NCBI GenBank assembly: GCA_036229005.1
Contig: JAZAMN010000071.1
Span: forward strand, 96,001 to 160,000
DNA: 64,000 nucleotides
Source: Myxococcota bacterium
GTDB taxonomy: Bacteria; Myxococcota_A; UBA796; CAJQPC01
Direction of reading: 5' to 3'
Part shown: in pieces, positions 1 to 8,989 of the stretch
Numbering within the stretch: position 1 is the stretch's first letter
Layout of the letters: each line of letters starts with the position of its first letter
The notes under the pieces: generated by a model
Databases searched by the model: none
The model's input: the letters and a program-made list of their open reading frames with translations, nothing else
What the model was told of the DNA's origin: nothing
Made by a program: the position numbers and the translations under genes

Positions 1-84
1 ACCCTCTGAACAGGGGCTGACCGGGCCACGGCGCGGGCGCGGGGATGCAGGGCTGGTGGGCCGGACGGGGTTACCCTGCCCCGG

Positions 85-1539
85 ATGATTGCCACCCTCC
101 GCGAGCGCCCCTGGGCCCTGGCCGCCGTGCTGCTGGCCGAGGCAGGCCTGCTGGTGGGCATGCTGGTGGACCCGCGGCTGCCCGCGGCGCTGGTGTTCGC
201 CGTGCTGGCCGTGCTCGTGGTGCTCTCCCGGCCCATCTGGGGCGTGGGCGTGCTGATCGCCAGCCGCATCATCTCCACCAACGCCCTGACCATCGTGCGC
301 GCGGGCTCCTTTGGCCTGGGGCTCTTCGAGGTCGTCGCGCTGCTCTGCCTGATCGCCCTGGCCTGGCAGGCCATGCGCAAGAAGGTGGAGATCTTCCAGG
401 ACTGGCCCTGGCGCATCCCGCTTCTGGCCTTCTTGGGCTTTGGGCTGATCTCCCTGAGCTGGTCGGTCAAGCCCGGCGAGGGCATGGGCGATCTGGTCCC
501 CATCCTGCCCATCCTGCTGAACACGACGCTGGTGCTGGCCTTCACCAAGAGCTGGCAGGACTTCCGCACCCTGGCGTGGTTCTGGCTGGGGGCCACCGTC
601 ACGGTGTGCCTGATGACCGTGGCCGCGGGCGCCCTGGGCATCGAGGTCGGCTCGGTCAGCTTCCAGGCGGCGGCGGGCGGAAACCGCGAGACCGGCCTGG
701 GGCAGCAGCCCAACTGGTTCGCGATGACCCTGTTCTTCTGCGTGCCGCTCTCCGGCGCGATGGCCATGGCCGAGCCCACCCGCAAGCTGCGCCTGCTGGC
801 CCTGGCGCTGGGGATCTTCGTGGCGGGGATCATGCTGTCTTCGGGCTCGCGCGGCGGCGCCTTCGCGACCCTGATCGGCGCGGGCCTGATGTCGCTGGCC
901 AACCCCCGCATCCGCCGCATCGTGGTGCGCGTGGCCTTCCCCCTGGCCCTGCTGCTGGGCATCGCGGTGCTGCTGGACATCGGCGGACTGCAGCGGCCCC
1001 TGGAGCGCATCGGCGGCGGCGGCCTGGTGATCCAGCAGGACTACCGGCCCTGGAACTGGTCGGCGTGCTGGGGCATGTTCCGGGACACCTGGGGCCGGGG
1101 CATCGGCGCGGGCGGCTACAGCACCCTGCTGCCCGACTACAACTACCGGGTCTCGACCACCCAGTACGACTACCCCCACGGCGTGTTCTGGCAGATCCTG
1201 GCGCACTTTGGCGTGGTGGGCCTGGGGCTGTTCGGCTGGATGGTGCAGCGGGTGTTCACGACCGCCCGCGCGGCCTTCCAGCAGGCCAAGGGCACCGCCG
1301 CCGAGCCCTACGTCTGGGCCATGCCCACGGCGATGGTGGGCTACGCGGCCTGGACCTTCGTGGAGTTCGAGTACGCCGAGAAGCCCTTCTGGGAGTTCCT
1401 GGCGCTGTTCACCGCCCTGGCGCTGCTGCTTCAGCGCGGGGTGTCGGTGCCATCCTGGTCGCTGGGGGACTCCACCGCCGGCGAGGGCGGCTCCAAGGCC
1501 TCCAAGACCGCCGGGAGCAGCGCGTCCGCCAAGAGCTGA
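85..1539 (+). CDS. O-antigen ligase / Wzy-like polymerase family membrane protein
   Basis: 484 aa with many TM segments; motifs QPNWFA, SGSRGG, GIGAGGY and YPHGVFWQILAHFGVVGL typical of the Wzy_C/O-antigen ligase family. Confidence 0.85.
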   Translation: MIATLRERPWALAAVLLAEAGLLVGMLVDPRLPAALVFAVLAVLVVLSRPIWGVGVLIASRIISTNALTIVRAGSFGLGLFEVVALLCLIALAWQAMRKKVEIFQDWPWRIPLLAFLGFGLISLSWSVKPGEGMGDLVPILPILLNTTLVLAFTKSWQDFRTLAWFWLGATVTVCLMTVAAGALGIEVGSVSFQAAAGGNRETGLGQQPNWFAMTLFFCVPLSGAMAMAEPTRKLRLLALALGIFVAGIMLSSGSRGGAFATLIGAGLMSLANPRIRRIVVRVAFPLALLLGIAVLLDIGGLQRPLERIGGGGLVIQQDYRPWNWSACWGMFRDTWGRGIGAGGYSTLLPDYNYRVSTTQYDYPHGVFWQILAHFGVVGLGLFGWMVQRVFTTARAAFQQAKGTAAEPYVWAMPTAMVGYAAWTFVEFEYAEKPFWEFLALFTALALLLQRGVSVPSWSLGDSTAGEGGSKASKTAGSSASAKS

Positions 1540-2444
1540 TGGCCCTCCGCCGTGGGGTGCACGTTGTCCATGAAGCGCCCTTCGGTCCCGGCCCAGAGGG
1601 AGACGATGTCGACCACCGGCACACCGTGGTCCACCGCATAGGACTGGAACTGCTCCTGATAGGGAGACAGCTCGGTCTGCCCCGTCGAGGACAACAGCAG
1701 GAAGACCACCGGGCGCTCGCCGGCGGCGCTCAGGAAGTCCTCCATGGCCTGCCGCTGGTGGGCCAGGTTGGTGTCGTGGAACTCGCCGCGGGTGCCCCAG
1801 TCGCCGCCCACCATGCGGTCCTTGGAGCGGTAGTAGACGGCCTCGCGCAGCACGGTCTCGATGACGAAGTTGTAGAGCGCAAATCGGCGCAGAAGGTTCT
1901 TTCTACGAACGTTCTTGCGCAGGCCGTCGCGCTCGGCCTCCGTGCCGTTGACCAGGCGCTCCATGCGGTTGTTGAAGCTGTAGGCGAGCACCCAGAGCGC
2001 GCTGCTGTTGACCTCGCTCTCGGACTCAGCCAGCAAGGCTGCCCGGCGGGCGCAGAGGGTCAGGGGGTAGGCGTTCACGCCCGCGGAATCCACGGCCCAC
2101 TCCTCCCCCGTCTGCTCCCGGAGGCCGGCCTCCAAGCGGGCGCTGTAGGTCTCCGCGTCGCCGACCCCCCAGCCCATGGTGACGCTGTCACCAAAGGTCA
2201 CAACCCGCTTTTCGGCCATGGGGTGGGCGCTGGGGCGCAGGCCGCGGTCGTCGATGGTGATGGGGTGCAGGCCGGCGACGGTGCGGCCCTGCTGGTCGGG
2301 CGTGGGCTGCCAGATCAGCTCCGGGTGGGGCTCGAAGAGGACGAACTGGCCAAAGCCGACCAGGCGCAGGCCCAGCTCCATCAGCAGGCCGAAGAAGGCC
2401 AGGACGACGCCGGTGAACGCGAGCTTCTTGAGGGTGGGGTGCAC
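1431..2444 (-). CDS. SGNH/GDSL hydrolase family protein with N-terminal membrane anchor
   Basis: Block I FGDSVTMG, block II SAGVNAY, block V DNVHPTAEGH. Start reassigned to GTG 2444 (VHPTLKKLAF + hydrophobic stretch) inside ORF 1431..3338. Confidence 0.8.
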   Translation of the reverse strand: MHPTLKKLAFTGVVLAFFGLLMELGLRLVGFGQFVLFEPHPELIWQPTPDQQGRTVAGLHPITIDDRGLRPSAHPMAEKRVVTFGDSVTMGWGVGDAETYSARLEAGLREQTGEEWAVDSAGVNAYPLTLCARRAALLAESESEVNSSALWVLAYSFNNRMERLVNGTEAERDGLRKNVRRKNLLRRFALYNFVIETVLREAVYYRSKDRMVGGDWGTRGEFHDTNLAHQRQAMEDFLSAAGERPVVFLLLSSTGQTELSPYQEQFQSYAVDHGVPVVDIVSLWAGTEGRFMDNVHPTAEGHQLLADALLPAVLEALEPPSPAVESPSDQDGTDTPR

Positions 2445-2513
2445 AAGCCTTGCTAACCCGGGGTGGATGGGGCGCGTCGATTGTGGTGTCGTGCCCACCT
2501 GCGAGGAGCTGCT

Positions 2514-3386
2514 GTGCTGTCCCTGTTGCTGGCCTGTGTGCCCAAGACCCCCGAGATCCCCGCCCCCACCCCCGAGCAGGCCGCCTCGGCGCCCGAGGTC
2601 GTGGAGCCGGCCCTGCCGCCGGGCTGTGAGCGCATCCCCTCGGAGTACCTGGGGCAGGGCGACACCACCTGGGAGAGCCCCAGCCTGGGCACCGGGACGC
2701 TGAGCGAGCACCAGCTGGACGCCGACCCTGAGCCGGAGGCCGTCTTCTTCCAGCGGGGCACCTGCGGGACCTCGGGCATGTGCGAGTTCGCGGTGCTGGA
2801 CGGCTGCGGCGACGACGCCTGGCGGCAGGTCGGGAGCTTCGGCGCGATGGAGTGGTCGGTGCTCGACGAGCGCAGCGCGGGGTGGAAGGAGCTGGAGACC
2901 GAGCACCACTGGCTCAACCAGGAGACCGGAGAGGTGCAGCAGTCCTTTAGGCGGCTGGTCTTTGACGGCGAGGGCTACCGGAACATCGCGCCCCCCGACC
3001 TGACGGCCAGCGACGCGGAGGGTCAGGTCGTGGCGCGCTCCATGCCGCTGCGCGGTGACGAGGAGGCGGCCTGCCCCAAGCGGCGCGTCGACGTCCGTGG
3101 CCAGGATGGCGACTGGACGAAGGTGGTCGAGGACTACGTGCACCCCCACTTTGCGGTCAGCCCCAGCGGTCAGGTCGGCGCGATGCTGACCTGCGCCGAG
3201 CACCTGGAGGGCGTGCTGGTGGGCGGCCAGGTGCTCAAGGCCAGCGACCCCGAGTACGCCGAGACGGTGGCCTGGGTGGAGGCCGACGGCCAGTGGGTGC
3301 TGGAGGTCAGCGGGCAGGGTGGCGACGGCAAGACCCACACCCTGCGGGCAGAGCCCCAGGGCGAGGGTTGGGGCCTGGCGGAGTAA
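2514..3386 (+). CDS. Hypothetical lipoprotein
   Basis: GAGGAG upstream of GTG 2514; MLSLLLAC lipobox, Pro-rich linker, CGTSGMC motif. Confidence 0.65.
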   Translation: MLSLLLACVPKTPEIPAPTPEQAASAPEVVEPALPPGCERIPSEYLGQGDTTWESPSLGTGTLSEHQLDADPEPEAVFFQRGTCGTSGMCEFAVLDGCGDDAWRQVGSFGAMEWSVLDERSAGWKELETEHHWLNQETGEVQQSFRRLVFDGEGYRNIAPPDLTASDAEGQVVARSMPLRGDEEAACPKRRVDVRGQDGDWTKVVEDYVHPHFAVSPSGQVGAMLTCAEHLEGVLVGGQVLKASDPEYAETVAWVEADGQWVLEVSGQGGDGKTHTLRAEPQGEGWGLAE

Positions 3387-3430
3387 CGCCAGAGACAGGA
3401 CTCGCGGGTCAGTGGCCCCTGCTCAGTTGG

Positions 3431-4897
3431 CTACTCGGTGACCTCGGTGTCCGCCGTGCAGGCCGGGTTGGGGGTCCCCAGGGGCTTGGGGTTGCCCGTG
3501 TCCGTCCAGCCAAAGGTCTGGCAGATGATGAAGTCGGTGCCCGCCGGGTTGATGGCCCAGACCTCGATGTTGGAGTCGGCCTCTTCCGTGTCGGGGTCGA
3601 AGTCCAGGGCGCCAGAGGCCCCCACCACGTCGAAGCTCTGGCCCGTGCTCAGGTTGACCTTGGCGGTCTCCCAGGTGCTGGGGCGGATCTCCACCGCGTC
3701 GCCCGAGCTGAGCTGCCTCAGGCCCGCTGCGGCCGCCGCCCCGGTGCTCTCGTCCCCGTTGGCCAGAGCCCAGGTGGTCCCGTAGATGCCCAGCCAGGCG
3801 GCGTCGTAGGCGTAGGCGGTGAACACCGAGTCGTCGACGTTGGACTCGAAGGTCGAGTTGTAGGCCGACTTGAAGGACTCGAACACCGCCCCCGAGGGCA
3901 CCTGCGGCCGGGTCCCGCGCACGCGGTCCAGGATGGCCTTGACCTCGGGCTTGGCCTGGGAGAAGAGCTGCTGGTCGGAGGCCCCGTCGGCCAGGAAGAT
4001 CTCCCGGTCGCCCAGGTTGTCCGCGAAGGCCATGGCCTCCAAAAAGACGATGATCTCCGAGATGTCCGAGCTCAAGAAGAGCAGCTCTTCGATCTCGGGG
4101 TCGGCCAGGGCGTCCACGACGGCCTCGGTCAGGCCGGTGGTCGTGGTGAAGGGCAGCTCCACCGCGGCGCCGGTGTAGGTCGCCAGGGTGACCTCCTTGA
4201 GGGAGGCGCCGTAGCTGTCGTCCGCGTAGATCACGCCCACCTTGCTCAGGCCGCGGCCGTTCAGGTCCAGGCCGATGATGCGGCCCTGGAACACGTCGCT
4301 GGGGGCGGTGCGCCAGACGGTGCCGGGGCTCTCATCGCTCTTGTCGGTGCCGTCCAGGTCCGTCAAGGCGGGGCTGGTGGCGTTGGAGCTGATGATCAGC
4401 GGCTTGTCGTCCTGGGTGGCCTTGTAGACGGCCTCGACCTTGGAGGAGCTTGCCGGGCCCAGGATCACGCGGACCCCCAGCTCGGAGATCATCCACTCGG
4501 CCATCGCCACGGCGGCCTCGTCGCTGGTCATGCCGTCGCCGTAGTCATCGCTCTCCTGGTAGTCGCAGGAGATGAGCCCAAAGGGTCGGTCCGCGTCCAG
4601 GCCCCCCGACTCGTTGACCTGCATGAAGGGGAGCTGCACGGCGGCGAGCTCGGCCTGGTCGCTCTCGTGGTCGTACAGAGAGCCCAGCAGCACGACCTCC
4701 GAGTAGTCCCCGGGTCGGGCGAACAGGTCCGAGGGCACGGTGGTCTTGCAGCGCTCGGGGGGCTCGACCACCGCGCAGTAGCCCTCCTCCCCGCAGGTGT
4801 GCCCAAAGCCAAAGGCCGCGCGGCACTCCACCGGCTCGGTGCACTCCTGGAAGTCGTAGCGGGTCAGCGAGCAGCCCATGGTCAGCAGCAGCAGCAT
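3431..4897 (-). CDS. Branched-chain amino acid (LivJ/Peripla_BP_6-like) solute-binding lipoprotein with Cys-rich N-terminal module
   Basis: MLLLLTMGC; Cys-rich segment; VILGPASS, ISSNATSPAL, WRTAPSDVFQG, AYAYDAA, GASGALDFD. Confidence 0.85.
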   Translation of the reverse strand: MLLLLTMGCSLTRYDFQECTEPVECRAAFGFGHTCGEEGYCAVVEPPERCKTTVPSDLFARPGDYSEVVLLGSLYDHESDQAELAAVQLPFMQVNESGGLDADRPFGLISCDYQESDDYGDGMTSDEAAVAMAEWMISELGVRVILGPASSSKVEAVYKATQDDKPLIISSNATSPALTDLDGTDKSDESPGTVWRTAPSDVFQGRIIGLDLNGRGLSKVGVIYADDSYGASLKEVTLATYTGAAVELPFTTTTGLTEAVVDALADPEIEELLFLSSDISEIIVFLEAMAFADNLGDREIFLADGASDQQLFSQAKPEVKAILDRVRGTRPQVPSGAVFESFKSAYNSTFESNVDDSVFTAYAYDAAWLGIYGTTWALANGDESTGAAAAAGLRQLSSGDAVEIRPSTWETAKVNLSTGQSFDVVGASGALDFDPDTEEADSNIEVWAINPAGTDFIICQTFGWTDTGNPKPLGTPNPACTADTEVTE

Positions 4898-5562
4898 CAG
4901 AAGCTCCCCTCCAGCAGCAGGCCACCGGCCGTGGGGCTGAGCACCACGCTGCCGTCATCCACCAGCACCAGCGCGACGCCGCTGCCGGCCAGGACGATGC
5001 CACCGGCCATCGCGATATCGGCGATCATCGCCTGCTTTCGGTTGCTCTCCACGTCCACCTGGTTGCGCTCCAGGCACAGGCCGTCCACACAGGACTCGGA
5101 CAGGGTCGCCCCCGCCTGTCGGGACATGACGCCAAAGGTCGCCCCCGTCGCGATGGCCGCCGTGCCCGCGCCCACCAGCAGCCAGCCCGGGTCGAAGGAC
5201 AGACCGCCCCCGCCCCCGCCGCCGTGGTCGGAGGGCGACTCCGTGCCCTCGGGCAGCTTGGCCTCGAGCTGGGAGATGCGCCGCTCGATGATGCCGCGCT
5301 CGGACTCCGGGGCGTAGCGCCAGTATTCGTCCAGCGCCGCGATCGCCTCGGGGTAGCGCCCCAGCTTCTCGTAGGCCGCCGCCATGTTGTAGAGGATCAG
5401 CGGCCGCTCGCTCAGGTCGTAGGCAGCCTGCCAGTAGGTCAAGGCCTGCTCGTACTCCTGGTCGGCGTAGGCGGCCTCACCCTTGGCGTAGAGCTCCTTG
5501 GCCTCTTCGTCGCTGCTCTCCTGGGCCACCGCGGGGGCGACCAGAGCCAGGGACCAGATCAT
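4897..5562 (-). CDS. TPR protein with C-terminal hydrophobic segments
   Basis: Short signal; TPR helices (AKELYAKGEAAY...ILYNMAAAYEKLGRYPEAI); Gly-rich hydrophobic C-terminus; stop overlaps next start. Confidence 0.8.
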   Translation of the reverse strand: MIWSLALVAPAVAQESSDEEAKELYAKGEAAYADQEYEQALTYWQAAYDLSERPLILYNMAAAYEKLGRYPEAIAALDEYWRYAPESERGIIERRISQLEAKLPEGTESPSDHGGGGGGGLSFDPGWLLVGAGTAAIATGATFGVMSRQAGATLSESCVDGLCLERNQVDVESNRKQAMIADIAMAGGIVLAGSGVALVLVDDGSVVLSPTAGGLLLEGSF

Positions 5563-7178
5563 GGACTTCCCCAGGGATCCCGCAGCTCGTTGGGCTTGTC
5601 CTGCTTGGGCTCGGCCGCCGGCTGCGTGGTTGGTGTCGGGTCCTCCTGCGTGCCCGCGCTGGGCTCGGAGGAGGGGGAGGAGGGCGTCTGGGTGCCCGCG
5701 GCTTCGGGGCTCACCGTCTCGGCCTCTGGATTCGTCACGGCCGGGGCCGCGGCCCCGCCCTGCTTCTCTGCACGGGTCCCCACAGGCGAGGTGCGGCTGG
5801 GCGTCTCCGAGCCAGCGCCAGCCTGCGCGTCGGGCGCCGCCGGAGCGGGCTCCGCAGCGGGCTCGATGACTGGCTCAGTGGCCGGCTCCGCTGCGGGCTG
5901 CGCGGCGACCACGGGGGCGGTCTGCGGACGGGTGACCTCGCTGGCGGGCGAGCGCAGCGCGGGCTGAGGTTGGGCCACGGGGGCCGGATCGGTGGGCCGC
6001 TGGGTGCTCCACCACCACACCCCCGCTCCCACCGCGACCAGGGCGAGAAGCCCCACCACCGCGCCCGCGGCTCCGAGTCCGATGGCGAACTCACCGACCG
6101 CGCTGCGCTCCTGGGAGCTCTCGGCGCCGGTGTCCCCCAGCGCCAGGGTGGGCTGGGCGGCCAGCTCGGCGCGCTTGATGGGTTGGGGGGCGTTGGAGGC
6201 CATCGAGTCCTGGTCCAGGCCCTCGGCGACCAGTCGGCCGGCGTCCAGCTCCATGGGGAGGGCGTCACCGTGGCCCTGCAGCTCGCGCTCCACCCGCTTG
6301 AGGGCCCGCTCGAGCTCGCGCATGGAGGCGAAGCGGTTCTCCGGCAGCTTCTCCAGGGAGCGGGCGATCACCCACTCCAGGCTCTCGGGCCAGTCGCGGT
6401 CGGGGAGGGCGTCGGCCAGGGTGGGCCGGGGCGCGTTGACCTGGGCGTTGAGCACGGCCATGGGGTGGTCGCGGCGGAAGGGCAGCTCGCGGGTGAGCAT
6501 CACGTAGAGGCAGCAGCCCAGGCTGTAGACGTCGGTCGCGGGGCTGACGGTCTCGCCCATGACCTGCTCGGGGGCCATGTAGGCGGGGCTGCCCAGGATG
6601 TTCCCGGCGCGGGTGACCTGGGTGCCGGCGTCCATGGGCTTGACCAGGCCGAAGTCCAGGACCTTGACGAAGTCCTCGTCGTGGTCGGGGTCGTGGTCGA
6701 GCACGAAGATGTTGGCCGGCTTGAGGTCCCGGTGGATCACGCCCAGCTCGTGGGCCTGGGCCAGGCTGCGGCAGATCTGGCGGGCCATGCGCACGGCGCG
6801 CACGGGCTGGAGGGGGCCGCCCTGCTTGACCAGGCGGTGCAGGGTCTGGCCCCGCAGCATCTCCATGACCAGAAAGTAGGTGTCGCCGTCCTGCCCGTAG
6901 TCGAACACCCGCACGGTGTTGGGGTGGGAGAGCTGGGCGCAGATCTTGGCCTCGCGGAAGAAGCGCGAGCGGAACTGGCCGTCGTCCTCGACCGAGTCGG
7001 AGAGCTCCAGGACCTTGACGGCGACCTCGCGGTCCAGAGGGGCCTGCTGCGCCCGGTAGACCTGCCCCATGCCGCCCTTGGCGATCATCTCGACCAGTCG
7101 GAAGCGCCCGTCGAGGACGCGTCCCGCCAGGGGGTCGTGGGGTTGGGGGCTCGGCGTGCTGCCGATCTGCTTGTCCAT
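5559..7178 (-). CDS. Membrane Ser/Thr protein kinase (Hanks type)
   Basis: AKGGMGQVY, VAVK, HRDLKPAN, DFG, YMAPE; one TM helix; Pro/Ala-rich tail ending LRDPW; start ATG 7178. Confidence 0.9.
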   Translation of the reverse strand: MDKQIGSTPSPQPHDPLAGRVLDGRFRLVEMIAKGGMGQVYRAQQAPLDREVAVKVLELSDSVEDDGQFRSRFFREAKICAQLSHPNTVRVFDYGQDGDTYFLVMEMLRGQTLHRLVKQGGPLQPVRAVRMARQICRSLAQAHELGVIHRDLKPANIFVLDHDPDHDEDFVKVLDFGLVKPMDAGTQVTRAGNILGSPAYMAPEQVMGETVSPATDVYSLGCCLYVMLTRELPFRRDHPMAVLNAQVNAPRPTLADALPDRDWPESLEWVIARSLEKLPENRFASMRELERALKRVERELQGHGDALPMELDAGRLVAEGLDQDSMASNAPQPIKRAELAAQPTLALGDTGAESSQERSAVGEFAIGLGAAGAVVGLLALVAVGAGVWWWSTQRPTDPAPVAQPQPALRSPASEVTRPQTAPVVAAQPAAEPATEPVIEPAAEPAPAAPDAQAGAGSETPSRTSPVGTRAEKQGGAAAPAVTNPEAETVSPEAAGTQTPSSPSSEPSAGTQEDPTPTTQPAAEPKQDKPNELRDPWGSP

Positions 7179-7233
7179 GCTTGGTCCTACCCGCCATGGT
7201 ACCGGAATCGGGGCCGCGTGGAGGACCCCCCGC

Positions 7234-8256
7234 ATGTGGATGTGTACGCTCTCACTGGCCCTGGCGGCCCCGGAGCCCAGCGAAGAGGAGCTCCGCTTTG
7301 CTCGCTTTGCCAGTCGTTTCGAGGCCTTGGGGCCGCTCCCCGAGCGGGGCGCCGGCTACCACGCCACCGGCGAGCTCTGGGGCGAGATTGCCAGGGTGGT
7401 GCAAGGTCATCCCGGGATCTTCGAGCCCGAGCACATCGGCAACAGCGTCGATGGGCAGCCGATCTGGGCGGTGCGCGCGGAGCCCGTGGACGGCCCGGCC
7501 CGCATCGAGGTTGTGGTGGTCGCCCAGCTCCACGCCCTGGAGTTCGTCAGCGCCGAGGTCGCCCTCTCCCTGCTCCAGACCTGGGCCGAGCACCCACCCC
7601 GCGGCGTGGCGATGACGGTGGTGCCCGTGGCCAACCCGGACGGCCGCTGGCGCGTGGAGCAGGACCTACGCAGCGGCGCCCCCAAGGACACCTACCGCCG
7701 CGCGAACTCCGAGCTGGTGGATCTGAACCGCGACTACGCCGTGCACCGCGAGCCGGACACCTGGCTGTGGCCGCGCCTGCCCATCACCCGGGGCTTCTAC
7801 GAGGTCTCTCCGGCGCCGCTGTCCCAGCCCGAGACCCAGGCCATCGCGGCGCTGCTGGACCGCATCCAGCCCGACGACGTGGTCGATCTGCACGCCCCCG
7901 GCGGGTACATCCTGGTGCCCTGGGCCGGCCGCTATGAACGCAGCCCCGAGTACGCACAGCTCATGGAGAAGGCCACCGCCATGCAGGAGGCCATGCCCGG
8001 CCGCCCCTACCGCGCCATGCAGCTCTGCCACTGGACGCGCACCTTCCGGGCTCTGGGCGCGCTGATCGACCACGCGCACGCGAGCGGGAGCGACGCCTTC
8101 CTGGTGGAGCTGGGCACCCTGGGCGCCCGGCAGCTTGGCCAGGACAAGTTCCGCTACTACAACCCCAAGGATGTGGAGCGCGTCGTGGCGGACGGGACCG
8201 CCGCCGTGATGGGCCTGGTCCGCTTCGAGGAAGGGCGCGCAAGGGGGCTGGAGTGA
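7234..8256 (+). CDS. M14 family zinc carboxypeptidase
   Basis: GNSVDGQPI, HALE (HxxE), ANPDG, RANSELVDLNRDY, SQPET, DLH; GGAGG before ATG 7234. Confidence 0.85.
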   Translation: MWMCTLSLALAAPEPSEEELRFARFASRFEALGPLPERGAGYHATGELWGEIARVVQGHPGIFEPEHIGNSVDGQPIWAVRAEPVDGPARIEVVVVAQLHALEFVSAEVALSLLQTWAEHPPRGVAMTVVPVANPDGRWRVEQDLRSGAPKDTYRRANSELVDLNRDYAVHREPDTWLWPRLPITRGFYEVSPAPLSQPETQAIAALLDRIQPDDVVDLHAPGGYILVPWAGRYERSPEYAQLMEKATAMQEAMPGRPYRAMQLCHWTRTFRALGALIDHAHASGSDAFLVELGTLGARQLGQDKFRYYNPKDVERVVADGTAAVMGLVRFEEGRARGLE

Positions 8257-8693
8257 CCCTGCTGGCTGCTGTTGTCCTCGCCTGCGCCGGGTGGTTTGAG
8301 CCCGCTCCCAGCACGCACCCGCTGCCCGTGGTGAGCCACGATGTCCAGGCGCTGCGATCCCTCGCTCCCCTCCCGGAGAGGGTGGAGGAGGTGAGCTGGG
8401 TGTACGCACCCATCGGCACACCGGGCCTGCTCGGTCCCACCGACTACAAGCTCAGCGCCTGGGTCACCGGCGAGGTCACCCTGGCCGAGACCGAGGCGCT
8501 CTACGGCAGCGATGGCGAGCTCGGGCTCTGGCGGGTTGACACCCAGGGAGTGCTGCCGCCGGTCGGGAGCTTCCAGGTGGACAAGGACGGCAACGTCAGC
8601 ATCCGCGGGACCGCCTACGCGCAGGACGGGCCGATGCTGACGCGGGTGATCGTGGGGTCGGAGGGGATCTGGATCGAGGGGATGACGCGCTGA
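8253..8693 (+). CDS. Hypothetical lipoprotein
   Basis: GTGA overlap with upstream stop; MTLLAAVVLAC lipobox. Confidence 0.6.
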   Translation: MTLLAAVVLACAGWFEPAPSTHPLPVVSHDVQALRSLAPLPERVEEVSWVYAPIGTPGLLGPTDYKLSAWVTGEVTLAETEALYGSDGELGLWRVDTQGVLPPVGSFQVDKDGNVSIRGTAYAQDGPMLTRVIVGSEGIWIEGMTR

Positions 8694-8696
8694 TCA

Positions 8697-8988
8697 GCGC
8701 AAGTGCGGGTGAACGCAACAGCCGCCCGCTCAAGTAGGGCTGAACGCAACAACCGCCTGCGCAAGTCCGGGTGAACGCAACAAATCGGGCGCGGAGGGCG
8801 GGCCGCCGCGCGGGGCCCAACCTGATTCCAAGCACTTGGAAGAACCGCCTCCGCCAAGCCAGCCGCGAATGTTGCGTTCAGCGGCACTTGCGCGCCGCCT
8901 CGTTGCGTTCAGCGGCACTTGCGCGCCGCCCCGTTGCATTCAGCGGCACTTGCGCGCCGCCTCGTTGCGTTCAGCGGCACTTGCGCGC
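8697..8988. repeat. Bipartite inverted 31-bp repeat element, locus 1 (3 units + spacer + 4 inverted units)
   Basis: AAGT..TGAACGCAAC at 8701/8732/8763; GTTGCRTTCAGCGGCACTTGCGC at 8871/8902/8933/8964. Confidence 0.95.
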
Positions 8989-8989
8989 C

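Noticed and set aside
45..2456. Long alternative-frame and antisense ORFs (e.g. 45-2456, 31388-33772, 44893-48087, 56858-59890)
   Set aside because: Shadow ORFs expected in high-GC DNA; low-complexity R/G/P/A or V/L/G/Q translations overlapping well-supported genes
8615..8939. Short ORFs across the repeat elements (also 34749-35094 and 49946-50476)
   Set aside because: Their peptide repeats simply reflect the 31-bp period cycling through frames; no RBS or family motifs
8697..8988. CRISPR interpretation of the 31-bp arrays (all three loci)
   Set aside because: Units are contiguous with no unique 25-45 nt spacers, arms are inverted, and there is no cas gene in the window
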